Below are positions 24,842 through 36,581 of a stretch of DNA of 64,000 bases, piece by piece. Origin of the DNA: Azolla caroliniana. Taxonomy: Eukaryota; Plantae; Polypodiophyta. Numbering within the stretch: position 1 is the first letter of the stretch; each line of letters begins with the position of its first letter. The stretch is from assembly GCA_043228905.1 (NCBI GenBank), contig JBHGNT010000002.1, forward strand, positions 17,980,001 through 18,044,000, in the 5' to 3' direction. The notes beneath the pieces are model-generated. The model was given only the letters and a program-made list of their open reading frames with translations. It had not been told where the DNA came from and searched no databases. The translations under genes and the position numbers were made by a program.

Positions 24842-27800
24842 CACACACATAACTCACATCTCTTCCGCTGCACAAGAATCACCTTTGATTCTTTACATGG
24901 TATCAGAGCGATTTGGTAGCTCGATCTAGCCCATTCGCCTCATCGTGATCGTGTATTGTGCTCCACGCTGACGACCAAGAACCGGCTCATCGCTATCGTA
25001 GCTTCGCTACATAGCTCGCACTCGAAGAGAGAAGAAGAAGAAGAAGAAGAAGAAGAAGAAGAATCGACATAATGAATACTCAAATGGGGAGTGCTCTCCC
25101 TATTGAGAAGTTGGATCGAAACAACTTCGCATCTTGGGAGTACAAGATGCACCAATACCTTGTCAGACAAGGCTATTGGAGCTACATCAAAGGAGTGCAC
25201 GAAGACCGACCCGTCGAAGTGACTCCTGGATACGCGACATGGGAGCAAGCCGCAAGCTGCGTGATGTATTGCTTGGCGACATGTGTTCACGATCACATGC
25301 TCGGCTACATTCGCGAAGCCAAGACACCGAAGGAGGCATGGGAAAATCTACGAAAGATTTTTGCGGCGAACACAACTGCAAGAAGGCTTCAACTCCGCCA
25401 AGAGTTGAACAACATTCAACAAAAGGACATGTCCATCACGACATACACCGTGAAGATCAAGGAGCTTTGCGACTTGCTCGGCTCGATAAGCGCAAGTATA
25501 GATGATGATGAAATGGTGCAAATATGCCTCGGCAGCCTCGCACCACAGTTCGGCGCGATGTGAACCACCGTTCTAGCAAGGGAGAAATCTCCCTCCTTCT
25601 TCGAGCTCCAATCAATGCTATTGGTCGAAGAAAACCACGTGCGTACAAGGAGTAGTGAGTCGGAAGGCCACATGCTCTATACGCACTTGAACAGAGGAAG
25701 AGGACGTGGACGAGCGAGAGGTTGATTCGGTCAAGGACAAGGCGGATGAGGTTCGACCTACGACAACAATTCCCAATTTCAGCCGCAAAATGGAAGCCAA
25801 CGAGGAACCTTCGCAAGAAGGGGGAGCTTCCACTCCGACCCGAGCCGTCAAAATGCAACCGAATGCGGATATTGCGGAAAGCTCGGCCACCATGAAGGAG
25901 AGTGCTGAAAGAAGATGCGCGAATCGGCTTCCACAAGCCGACAACTCACGAATTACGCGCACAACTCCGACTATGAATATCGTGGCGGAATGTATGCACA
26001 CAACTCCGACCGTGGCGGAATGTACAGGCACAACTCCGACTACGAAGTTCATAGCGGAATGTATGCACACAACTCCGACCGTGGCGGAATGTTCATGATG
26101 AAACATAGAGCAAACTCTATGTCGGCCGCTACCTCAATTAGTGCCTCCGGTTCGGAAGACGTATGGTTCGTCGACTCCGGTGCCTCGAACCATATGACAT
26201 CGCATCAAGAATGGTTCGAAGAACTTTGAGAGCCAGACCGACCCAACTATGTCGAAACCGGAGACAACACTACGCACCCGATTCGACACATCGGCAATGT
26301 TCCGTTCGGAAAAGAAGGTAAGCAAAATTACATTAAAAATGTCTTGCATGTACCGACCATTACGAAGAATTTGGTCTCCGTCGGCCAAATTGTAGAGCAA
26401 GGGATGCAAGTTCGATTTAATCAAGGCGGTTGCTTCATCGAAAAAGAGGGCTGACTCATCGTGCACGGAAGAAGTGAGGGCCGGATGTTCATTCTCGATT
26501 CACACGAGATGAAATCCGCCATGTTCACGAAAAGCATGAAAGCTGACTCCGACATAGAGCTATGGCACAAGCGAATCGGCCACATCAATCTCAACAAACT
26601 CAAAGCAATGAAATCGAAAGGAGTCGTCATCGGACTCCCGACATTCAAAGAGAAGGAGATTGAAGGCGTATGCGAAGTGTGCCAATTCGGCAAGCAACAC
26701 CGACACCCATTCCCGAAAGAGCGGAACGTGAGCAAAGGTCTACTCGACGTAGTCCATTCCGACGTATGGGGACCGGCGTAGATGGCTACATTTGGCGGAT
26801 GTCGATATTACGTGCTCTTCATCGACGACTTCTCTAGGCACACTTGGATCTACCCGATGTGGCAAAAGAGCAAAGTGTTCGGACAGTTCCAAACATTCAA
26901 GAATGAAGTCGAGAAAGCCATGGGCCGACATGTACGTTGTCTTCGATCGGATGGCAGCAAGGAGTACTTCTCAGACGATTTCACGGCGTATCTCCGAAAG
27001 GAAGGAATTCAGCGAGAATTCACTTGCTGACACACTCCGCAACAAAATGGAGTAGCCGAGCGCAAAAATTGGCACATCCTCGAAGTAGCGCGGGCTATGA
27101 TGAACGAGAAGCATATGCCCAAGTCATATTGGGCTGAAGCTGCAAATACGGCCGTCTACCTAATGAACCAGTGCACAACATCCGGTGTGCACGAGGTCAC
27201 TCCGCACGAAAAATACTTCGGAAAGAAGCCGGAATTATCGCACATCCGGATATTCGGCGCGATAGCGTATGTGCACATCCCTGACGAGAAGCATCAAAAG
27301 CTTGACCCGAAGTCGGAGAAATGTATCCTCGTAGGATACTCATTGGAGCAAAAGGGGTACAAGTGCTACAACCCCTCAACTCGAAAATCTCGAGTAAGTC
27401 GAGATGTCATTTTTGACGAGTCCGCATCCTGGTATGCACCAGAGACAACTTCGACTCCGCTCGACTCAGAATCCGCCTGTTGAGATATCAAGCTCAACTA
27501 GTTTAATCTAGTTAGTCAACACATGTAACTTAGTAGTTACCTAGATCGAATCTAGTTAATGTGTTGACCTTAAGCCTTTAAATAGGACCCTGTACTTAAG
27601 TGGGATATTCTAGATCCTCCACTCCTTAGTACATTTAATGTAGGACTTACACATAAGTACCTATGTTCTACCCACACATGTGCACCTTTGCACATGGGTT
27701 GTATATATACCTCATTGTGGGTATTTTTGTATGTTGATGACACTTTTCAATATAGACAATAATCCCCCATTTATCTTCGTGCGCATAAGTGTAACTTCCT

Positions 27801-30377
27801 CTCTCTCTCTCTCTTCCTCTCACACACTCTCACACGCATATCATACTAATCTTCCGCTGCTTAACGTAACCATATAATTAGTCTCTAATTAACCCTAGTT
27901 AATTACCTAATTACTTGACACCGCCAAACAAGAGATAGAGGATGAAGACCGCCTTACGCACATGTTCGAAGAAAGTCCGATCACGACCCGACTAAGAGGA
28001 CCACAAGAGCCTTTGAGCGATCAAAGCACATCACGGCCTAGCTCGAAGATGGACAAAGGCAAGGCGAAAATGGCGGAATACGCAGACAATTGCTTCGACG
28101 ACGATGAGTCGACTCACTCACTCGATAGTGAGTTCGGCGGCTTCGATGTACCAATCGGAGCTAAGAAAGCCCTTATCTCTACAAATGAAAAGCTCTATCG
28201 CTCCACCCATGAAAAGAATCCAGTCAGCTGATTCGGCTACAATGACTACATGGCATATCACTATGCCTTTATGATGAAGGTGGCGACAGTACGCGAGCCG
28301 GAAACATTTTCCGAAGCAGCCAAGGATCCGCGATGGATCGAAGCCATGAACGAGGAGATGCAAGCACTATGCAAGAACGAGACATGGGATCTCGTTCCCA
28401 CCTCACCACACAAAAAGGCGATCAGATGCAGATGGATTTACAAAGTGAAGTACAACGCCGACGGTTCCGTCAACCGCTACAAAGCGCGACTCGTAGTGAA
28501 AGGCTATGCACAAATGCATGGAGTTGACTACGAAGAGACCTTTGCCCCGGTGGCAAAGATGATGACGGTACGGACCGTAATTGCGCTTGCCGCAGCGAAA
28601 GGGTGGCACCTCCATCAAATGGACGTCAAGAACACCTTTCTACAAGGCGAATTAGAAGAGGTGTAAATGATACAACCACCCGGCTTCAACTCGAGCACCC
28701 CTCCGAAAGCCGTATGCCGACTCAAGAAGCCACTCTACGGCCTTAAGCAAGCACCGTGTGCTTGGCATTCGAAGATTACGCAATATCTTCATCAAATCGG
28801 CTTCCGTATGTCAAAATCGGAGAACTCCCTCTACATACGAAGCGATTCCGCAAGTCCGATTGTCATCATCTTATATGTGGATGACCTAGTCATTGGAGGT
28901 GAGCATCTCGTCGATATCAATAAGGTTAAATCCCTCCTTTTCGACAAGTTTGAGATGACAGACATGAAGGAGCTCCATTACTTCCTCGGCATCGAGGTAA
29001 TTCAGACTCTGGCCGGAATCATGATCTCTCAATGGCACTACATCCTAAACTTGTTATACAAGTTCGGTATGGCTGAGTGCAAATCCGTGGCAACCTCGCT
29101 CGATCGTAATCTCAAACTAGATGCGAACTCCGGCACCAAAGCGTGTGAGCCGACTCAATATCGGCAACTCATCGGGAGTCTCATCTACCTCACGATCACT
29201 CGACCCGATCTCAGTTATCCGGTCGGTCTCCTTAGCCAATTCATGCAAACACCGCGTGATACTCACTTGGATTGCAATAAGCGAGTTCTACGATACGTGA
29301 GCGGCACAATGGATTGCGGCATCCTCTACAAGACCGTGATGCCAATACGACTCGAGGGGTACACAGACGCCGATTGGGCCGGCTACAAAGCCGATAGACG
29401 ATCAACCTCTGGATTTGTTTTTTCCCTCGGCAGTGGAGCAATATCCTGGAGTAGCAAGAAGTAGCCTACCGTCGCTCGTTCGAGTACGGAGGCGGAATAC
29501 AGGGGCGCAATCGTAGCTGCATGTGAAGCCGTATGGCTTAAGAGGATTTTGAAGGATCTGGGCGTTCCCATCAAGGATCTGACTCCCCTTTACTGCGACA
29601 ACATGAGTAGTATTTATTTGGCTCAGAACCCGGTGTTCCACGCGCGGACAAAGCACATCGAAGTGCACTATCACTTCATCCGAGAGCGCGTTCTAGCTGG
29701 CGATGTCGACCAACAACACATTAGCACCAATCTCCAAACGGCCAACATCTTCACTAAAGCCTTAGGAGCCGACAAGCTATGGCAATTCATGACCGATCTC
29801 GGATTGACGATCCTTGACCTGCCAAGCTTGAGGGGGAGTACTGAAGACGCTACTCAATAACGAGTGGATTCCGCAAAGCGCGCACACTACGCAATAACGT
29901 GTGGATTACGCAACCGCGCAACGAAGCCACAAAGAGCTGATCTACCGCACAAAGCCGCGAAGAAAGATGCAAGCCGAAGCACAGACTTCGCAACTACACA
30001 CAACGCAAGCTGGAGCACAGATTCCGCAACTCCGCATAAATGCGAGTCGACGCGAACTTCGGAACGCGAGTCGAAGCGGATTTCGGATACCGTCAGAAAC
30101 CGACCCGACTTGAGCTTGAGGGGGCGTGTTGAGAATCAAGCTCAACTTGGTCTAGTGTGTGAACTCACCTTGAGAGTGAATAGACACTCCAACGGTCAAG
30201 AGTCACCATTAAGTCACCACTTTGTATTCTAGCATTTAGTATGAGTCATAGAATCATATTCTATGACATATAACTTATGAGCTTTCACATTCCCCATGCT
30301 CCATGAGTCTTGTAGTTAATGAAGAGAGAGGGTGAATATATAAAGCACCCTCCTCCCACCTTGTATAGCGTTGAGTC
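24496..30377 (+). mobile_element. Near full-length Ty1/Copia element (5' LTR 24496-24897, 3' LTR 30127-30377 truncated); gag-PR-INT-RT-RH broken by stops
   Basis: PBS TGGTATCAGAGC at 24898, WFVDSGASNHMT, integrase D..D..E region, RT LYVDDL, RNase H YTDADWAG, PPT TTGAGGGGGCG. The LTR match ends at 30377 without a TSD. Confidence 0.95.
27478..27920 (+). mobile_element. Copia-type solo LTR (443 bp) with 5-bp TSD CCGCC
   Basis: CCGCC-TGTTGAG...TTGACA-CCGCC interrupting the INT-RT linker. Confidence 0.9.
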
Positions 30378-31364
30378 ACTTACCGAAGAGAAGTAGCAAT
30401 GCAAAGTTGCAAAGTTGTGGATGTATTCCATCAATGATCAATTATAACTTGTGTGAGAGAGAGGGTGGGGAAGAAAGAAAGAACAAAGTACAACTTGATC
30501 AAAGCAAAGAACTGGAGAAAGGAAGGAAGAAAGAAAGAACTAAAACTTGATCAAAGCAAGGGAGAGAGTGGGAGAGAAATCAAGAAAGAAGTAGAAGCAA
30601 ATGGAGAGAGAGAGAGATAGAGAAACAAACAAACAAAAGAGAGGTTTGGGTTGAAAATAAAAGAAGCCCGAAGTTTATTTTCACACTATGCATATGTCCG
30701 AGCACTTCTTCTCCTTTCTCGCATCACATAACATATGTTTACACATTTACCTTTCTCAAATAAAACTATATGCTATAGCCTATGAATTGTAATTTGTAAC
30801 TACTAATACATGTACTATTGTTTTACCCTTAGCAAAATTTGACGGTATTAACAAATTTTAAACCTTCATTTTTACGTTTTTATAAAATATATGCCTGTCA
30901 AGATTGACAGATTCATTTTCAAATATATGCCCATCAAAAGGCAACATACCGTACAACCACGATATCGATGAAACTTTAATCTCTCATGAGGATCGTAATA
31001 TGCCAAGAAATATGGCAGATTTACACGGACATAAATCGATCAACCCACTAGAGCCACTCCCATCTAAAATGTTGTACTATAAGAAACACTCCATACACTT
31101 GTCTAAGGTAGGTTGTATTGTACGACCAAAATATGTAGATAGGTTCTTACCAAATGCACTAAGGGTTGCCATTGGACAACTTAGAGTATCATCTCACTAA
31201 CTTGAGGTTGAGAATGGTTGCACTAATAGAATCCCCAGAGAGGAAAGGATATGTAGATTATGTCACATATGTCACAATATAGTCCTAGTCCGCAGTCGGT
31301 GTGTTCGTGACAACATAGAGGTAGAGGATGATTATCACTTTACATGTAAGTGTCCAAGTTACAT

Positions 31365-32093
31365 TGTCGTAGTGTGAATCACACACTACGTGAAATGTGT
31401 AAAATACTATATCCGTTTTAAAGTACGTATAATAAATAAAATAAAATATTAAAAATATTTATTACAAGCATAGGGCAAGATTTGAACCCTATACCTCCAC
31501 GTAGACAAACCCTAATCTTACCACTGTACTAACTTATCCTAAATGTTCTACATATAGATTTAATACATATAAGACCTTTATTTACGCCTACCTTTATTAA
31601 AAGGTAAGTCATGCATTTTTAGAATGCGTGAATACTTTATTTATAAGAAAAACGTATACCAATAAAAAAATGACTCGTGCACATCTAGCGAGCATGAGCA
31701 CTATATTTAGGAAATAAAAGCATAGTGTAAAAAGGCAACTCATACACATTTAGTGTGCATGAACACTTTAGAAAAAGCATGAAGCTATGCTTAGCCTCTT
31801 CCATCCTTATATAAGGAGGAGAGAAAGATGTATGGGGGGGTTGTTGATTATTTTACAAGGGTTGATTAATATAATATATTCATGGGATTCACGAATTTGC
31901 TAACTATTTTTCTCTCTTAATCTGAGTACTCACGAATACACTATACTCATGGGATTCACGAGTTTTTCATATATTTCTTTCTTACAATATATTTCATATT
32001 CTTAATTGCCTTAGAATTTTCTTTTCTCCTAGTCCAAAACCTCAGTGGTTCCTACCCGATTCACGCAACGATCCAGAGCCGAAAGGCACAACA
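31365..32093 (+). mobile_element. Gypsy solo LTR (about 729 bp) related to the 34378 LTR, 4-bp TSD ACAT/ACGT
   Basis: TGTCGT start with terminal hairpin CGTAGTGTG/CACACTACG, TATA followed by a purine tract, ends CAACA. Confidence 0.7.
31467..31538 (-). ncRNA. tRNA-like Pol III cassette in solo LTR (not a functional tRNA)
   Basis: A box TAGTACAGTGG (31531-31521) and B box GGTTCAAATC, T8-G53 spacing 44 nt. Confidence 0.55.
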
Positions 32094-32435
32094 ACGTCAA
32101 GATAAGGGTAAAATACCAAGACATACTAGGACCCTCTCCCACCCTATCCAAACTATTAGATACCCCATATAGACAATAGATAGATATATCATACATCTAA
32201 AACAACATAGAGACAATACGCTACAAAATGTTAACCATAACCTTTCTAATATTTACCAACATGTAACCAATGAATTTTTATAGGGACAAGAGGGAACAAT
32301 GAGTGTTGATACACTTGCACCACTTGGTCTCTCCCTTTCTAAAGTAGAAAACCAATGAACACCAAACACCCATCGGATGCCAGGCCTCAAAGTTACTCAT
32401 TGTGTACGGAAAATGATATGTGTGCGGAAACATTA

Positions 32436-33442
32436 TGTGGAACCACAACCAGCTTGGCCAGACAACAAAAGACTGACAGTTAGGTAAACACACAGTAGGA
32501 GTAAAAGAGAGACTAAGTGAATAGACAATGAAACTTCTATTATAGAATAATACTCAGTACATATAAATGTGCTCACAGAGCACTTTTTATACACGCCCTC
32601 TTATAGGGCTGATAAGTACTAACACATACTTGATTGCTCATTAACTGAGCCTGGCACTAGTTAGAATATAGTAGGCCTATTTACTAAAAGAGGCACTTAG
32701 TCTTCCTAACGACATGTCGGATCCAACTCAGCTAGAAGATTTGCCTAGCAGTCGATTCGGCGTACGGTTTATTCAGCCAATTCGGGCCTAGCTGATCGAA
32801 CTTCATCTAATCCATCTCTCGTCTTCTTCAGCCGATCCGGCTCATATTGAGCTTGTTCACTCAACACTCCCCCTCAAGCTCAAGTTGAGGTCGGCTCCCT
32901 GTGTCAACATCCACCAGTTTTTGCCTCCAGCTCCTCCTGGCGTCTTCACGCCTTGCTCGCACTCCTCGTCTAGTTTAGTTCCATGTCCCACAAACCCTTT
33001 GGTCCAACGCTCCTCTACCCATTTGATTCCGCGCACCTCGACCCCTATGATCCGCATGTTTGTTGTTCAAGCCCTTATCAGCTCCCTCGTTGTCGTAGCA
33101 TTGGCACCCCTCAACCCGTCGGCTCCTCTATATCGGCGTCAGCTTCAACTGCCTCCATCTCCAACTGGCCTTCACATGATCCATCTCGTTCGGATCACTT
33201 CTCTCTACCATATCGACTGTGTCCGATCTGTTACCACTTCCGACTGAATTGGCTGTCTCCAATTCATCCTCCTTCCGACCCTTGACCACATCTGACCATG
33301 CCTTGGTCTTGGCCTTCATCTTCAGGTCGGCTTTGCCCTACTTGGTGCTACCCTACTTGGCTTTGCCACCTACCTTGCCTTTCTTGTCTTTGCCTCCCCC
33401 TCGTTCGGTGTGTTCCAACTTTGGTCTCACTTTCGGCTACTC
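32436..33442 (-). mobile_element. Ty1/Copia 3' end (3' LTR about 32436-32866, PPT, post-RNase H region); continues for a few bases after 51650
   Basis: Minus strand TTGAGCTTGAGGGGGAG-TGTTGAG. The KAKT.WSDVVKG segment is homologous to 50790-50966. Confidence 0.75.
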
Positions 33443-34431
33443 TATTGAGCGGCAAGCTCAACTGGAGCCAGATCGGCTGAATAAGCTTGAGCCGGCAAGC
33501 GAGACGGATCGATAAGCTGTGAGCAACCGAGCCGGCAAGCAACCAAGCCGGTGAGCTGGGGAGCCGGTTAGCCGGATCCAACTAGTAATCGGAAGCCTAA
33601 TATTAGTGTAGACTACTAGGAAATTATAATCTCGTAGGAAGTGTTGGATGCTCGTGTGAGCATTGAAGTACGTGGTACTTCTGCCAGTCCCACGAGGACT
33701 TGTATAAATAATGCTACAAAGCATAGTTGTATAGATAGAGTGTTTTATATATTTTTGAATATAGCTTTGAGCTTCTGCTCTCTCTGTCTCTCCGGTGTAC
33801 TCTGTGTATTCCCTAATTTCTCTGTTTTCTAACGCTTCCGCAAGTAATTGTTCACATGGTATCAGAGCGCGAGGGTTGAGAACCTCTGCAACCAACAAAC
33901 ACTTGAAAGCAAACCCTAACAGGTCGTAAGAATAGCAGACAGAGAAGTCATGGATAGAGGGATGGCTAGCTTGCTCCCTGTGGAGAAACTCGACAGATCC
34001 AACTCTGCATCTTGGTCGTACAAGATGCACCAGTACCTGCTTGGGCATGGCTACTGGAGTTTCGTTGAAGGAGCCAACGAAACAGCACCTGATGCGGCAC
34101 ATAAGGATTTCCCAGTGTGGGAACAATCGGCAAGTAGAGTAATGTACTGCTTCGCATCCAGTGTCGGAGACCAGCTGCTGAGCCACATCCGAGACACCAA
34201 GACGCCGAAGGAGGCTTGGGGAAACCTGAAGAAGGTCTTCGCCGTGAGCACCACGGCCCAGAAGCTGCAACTCCGACAGGAGTTGAGCAATGTTTGACAA
34301 AAGGACATGTCGGTGGCGGATTACATGGCCCGGATCAAAGAGATCTATGACTCGCTTGCCTCTATCAACGTTACCGTTGTCGTGAAGAATGTGCTTCACG
34401 ATATAAAAATGAGCTTAAATGTTGTATTTAA

Positions 34432-34503
34432 TAATATTTGAGAGACTTGAACGCACATCCTTATATACAATATACAATGTACATACCACTAGGCTAGGCT
34501 ATT
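34432..34503 (-). ncRNA. tRNA-like cassette 1 in the Gypsy LTR (copy in the 3' LTR at 39878-39949)
   Basis: A box TAGCCTAGTGG and B box GTTCAAGTC, spacing 44 nt. Confidence 0.55.
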
Positions 34504-34567
34504 TATTTGTAAAAGTGTGTAATAAATGTGCTTCATGATATAAGAATGAAGCTATATATTGTATTAA

Positions 34568-34639
34568 GTAAAATTGAGGGACTTGAACCCTCAACCTTGT
34601 ATACCAAGCACCAAGCATACACCACTAAGCTAGGTTAGT
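34568..34639 (-). ncRNA. tRNA-like cassette 2 in the Gypsy LTR (copy in the 3' LTR at 40014-40085)
   Basis: A box TAGCTTAGTGG, perfect T-arm TGAGGG-TTCAAGT-CCCTCA, followed by TTTT. Confidence 0.7.
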
Positions 34640-34880
34640 TATTTTAGAATGCATTTTCATCATTATACTTATCGCATATCTATTTTCATACATAGCCATC
34701 ATTCATCACATGCAATGCATGTGCGCCAAATGGCGATCATGCATTACATGTAACTCATGCATTGCATGCATGCCATGCTCCCATACATTACCATATGCAT
34801 GGCAACACTTATATAAAGAGGGGAAAGGGTAAACAAGGGAGGGAATCAAGAGAGAGTGAGAAAATAATACAATCAATTAA

Positions 34881-34954
34881 AGAAGACTAGCTCATTGGGT
34901 GGAGAACCTCTCGTTTCGAAGTTGAGGTCGTGGGTTCAAATCAAGGGTCGATAG
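34881..34954 (+). ncRNA. tRNA-like cassette 3 in the Gypsy LTR downstream of the TATA box (copy at 40327-40400)
   Basis: A box TAGCTCATTGG, variable loop AGGTC, B box GGTTCAAATC, spacing 46 nt. Confidence 0.65.
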
Positions 34955-35312
34955 ATAATGTGTTCAGTTTGCGGTCAAGGATTGTAAAGTTGGTAAAATA
35001 TTATATTTTTAATATACATCATGTTTATATCATATACTCTTGTTCCTTGAATCATACTTTGTCTCAATCTTCTTTCTAGAATCATACTTTGTCTCGATCT
35101 TCTTTCTTGAATCATACATTGTCTCTATCTTTTATCTATGCTTGTCTCTCTCTCTCTCACACACACACACATTACTCGTAACTCTTCTTCTTACTATCCT
35201 TAACCATTCTATCATCACCATACAAGCCTTATTAAAAGTTAAGTTCCTTCAACTCCCCTTAACCTTAGTCCCCGCGACTTCGCCGCACGAACCACAACTA
35301 CCCCGACACATT

Positions 35313-35330
35313 TGGTGAACCCGACGTGAA
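35313..35330 (+). promoter_or_regulatory. Primer binding site complementary to the tRNA-Trp 3' end
   Basis: TGGTGAACCCGACGTGAA is the reverse complement of TTCACGTCGGGTTCACCA, the plant cytosolic tRNA-Trp 3' end (recalled from memory). Confidence 0.8.
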
Positions 35331-35694
35331 GGCGGCGACGAGGAGAAATGGAGGAGCAAATGAGGCTTATGTGTACGATGATGGAACGAGTGATGCGGGA
35401 ACAAGGGATGATGACAAGCATCGACAAAGCCGTCGACAATATTCTCGCACGAGTAGGAATCTTCGAAGGTATAAATTTAACAAGATTTCTGAAGATTTAT
35501 AATGAAGAAATGCTTAAACGCGGTGTCGACGAAGCTACAAAAATTAATAGCTTTAGTCGAGTCGCTGCGATTGGGCTACAAGAGAGGATCCAAGAGCTCC
35601 AAAGGGAGAATCAGACATAGAAACAACGACAGATATAAAAAAGGTACTAGAAACAAGAATATTAAATAGTAAGGTAGAATTTACTTTAAGAGAA

Positions 35695-36378
35695 GTGTTG
35701 GGTATAGCAAAGAAAGAATTTCATGAAGTTATCATAGATATTATTAGAAGGAAGAGACAGGTGACGGAGGAAATTACGGGAGGGTGTGCAGCAACACTCC
35801 AAGATTTGTATGGTGGCACCATCAATGCTGCAAGTGTAAAAAACCAGAATGATGTTGGCGTCCATGAAGGGGATAGGAGTCACTATACAAGGGACCATTG
35901 GGCTCGAGCAACAACGGAGGCACCTGCAAAAATTGGGGAGCAGCAAATTCCATGTATTGCTTTGATCGATCATGGATCAGAGATTAACATGATGTCATCG
36001 GAATTTTACGCTCGAGGACGATGGCCGATTGACAAGAATCATGGGTGGAAAATAAGAGCTGCCACAGAAACTACGGAGGATCTATTCGGAGCATGTCCTA
36101 GTATGAAGGTAACAATTGGTGATGTCTCGGTGAATCAAAATTTCTTTGTGCAGGATCGATCAACCTACCCCGTCATCCTTGGTCAGCCCTACATCACCGC
36201 AGTGAGGATGGAAACAAAGGTTATTGATGATGGTTCGGCTTTCGCGAGAATCAAGAGTCAAGATGGAAGAAAGACTGTCCAATTCTTAACCGTGAGGCCC
36301 AACCATGAAAGAAACAAAGAATGCTTGAGGGAACATCCAATTCAAGAGATGGATGAAGAGTTTTCCCAGGATTTTTAG
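35695..36378 (+). CDS. Gypsy gag C-terminus and aspartic protease
   Basis: ALIDHGSEINMM and VILGQPY motifs. Confidence 0.85.
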   Translation: MLGIAKKEFHEVIIDIIRRKRQVTEEITGGCAATLQDLYGGTINAASVKNQNDVGVHEGDRSHYTRDHWARATTEAPAKIGEQQIPCIALIDHGSEINMMSSEFYARGRWPIDKNHGWKIRAATETTEDLFGACPSMKVTIGDVSVNQNFFVQDRSTYPVILGQPYITAVRMETKVIDDGSAFARIKSQDGRKTVQFLTVRPNHERNKECLREHPIQEMDEEFSQDF

Positions 36379-36581
36379 ATAGGGCTTTTACAGGTAGGGG
36401 CTGTGATAGCCCGAGCATAAAAGAAAACCCCATAAATAATAATGTAAATAAAGATATTCCTTGTACAATCTCATCTAATGGTGCTACTTTTATACTAAAA
36501 GTAAATAATAATAAAATACAAAATGCTTTCGAGTACTTTAAGTGTTCTGGATTAATAGATGATGATGAAGAAATTCAGGAT

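Larger units (their letters stand above)
23960..30949 (-). mobile_element. hAT DNA transposon, deleted and interrupted by a Copia element
   Basis: 16-bp inverted repeat TGTTGCCTTTTGATGG (23963-23978) / CCATCAAAAGGCAACA (30931-30946). Flanking 8-mers GGTACAAC and CGTACAAC form a 7/8 TSD. TGACGG subterminal motifs occur at both ends. Confidence 0.8.
31030..32270 (+). mobile_element. LINE 3' remnant (RTE-X/L2-like C-terminal zinc finger), split by a solo LTR
   Basis: LRVAIGQLRVSSH*LEVENG..RIPREERICRLCH...EVEDDYHFTCKCPSY. Limits are approximate. Confidence 0.6.

Noticed and set aside
24781-25062. (TG)n, (TC)n and (GAA)n microsatellites here and at about 1217, 4328, 5490 and 53221
   Set aside because: These are ordinary simple repeats, mostly parts of LTRs or leaders.
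25457-26106. Repetitive alternative-frame ORFs (HSATVGVV, TTPTVAEC)
   Set aside because: These are shadow frames of the gag tandem repeat.
33458-34399. 313-aa minus-strand ORF
   Set aside because: It is antisense to the Copia LTR and gag, crosses an insertion junction, and has no recognisable domain.
34432-34954. Calling the LTR cassettes true tRNA genes or assigning isotypes (weak Pro-like CTAGTGGTATG and TGG loop)
   Set aside because: Acceptor and anticodon stems do not pair properly, so an isotype cannot be supported.
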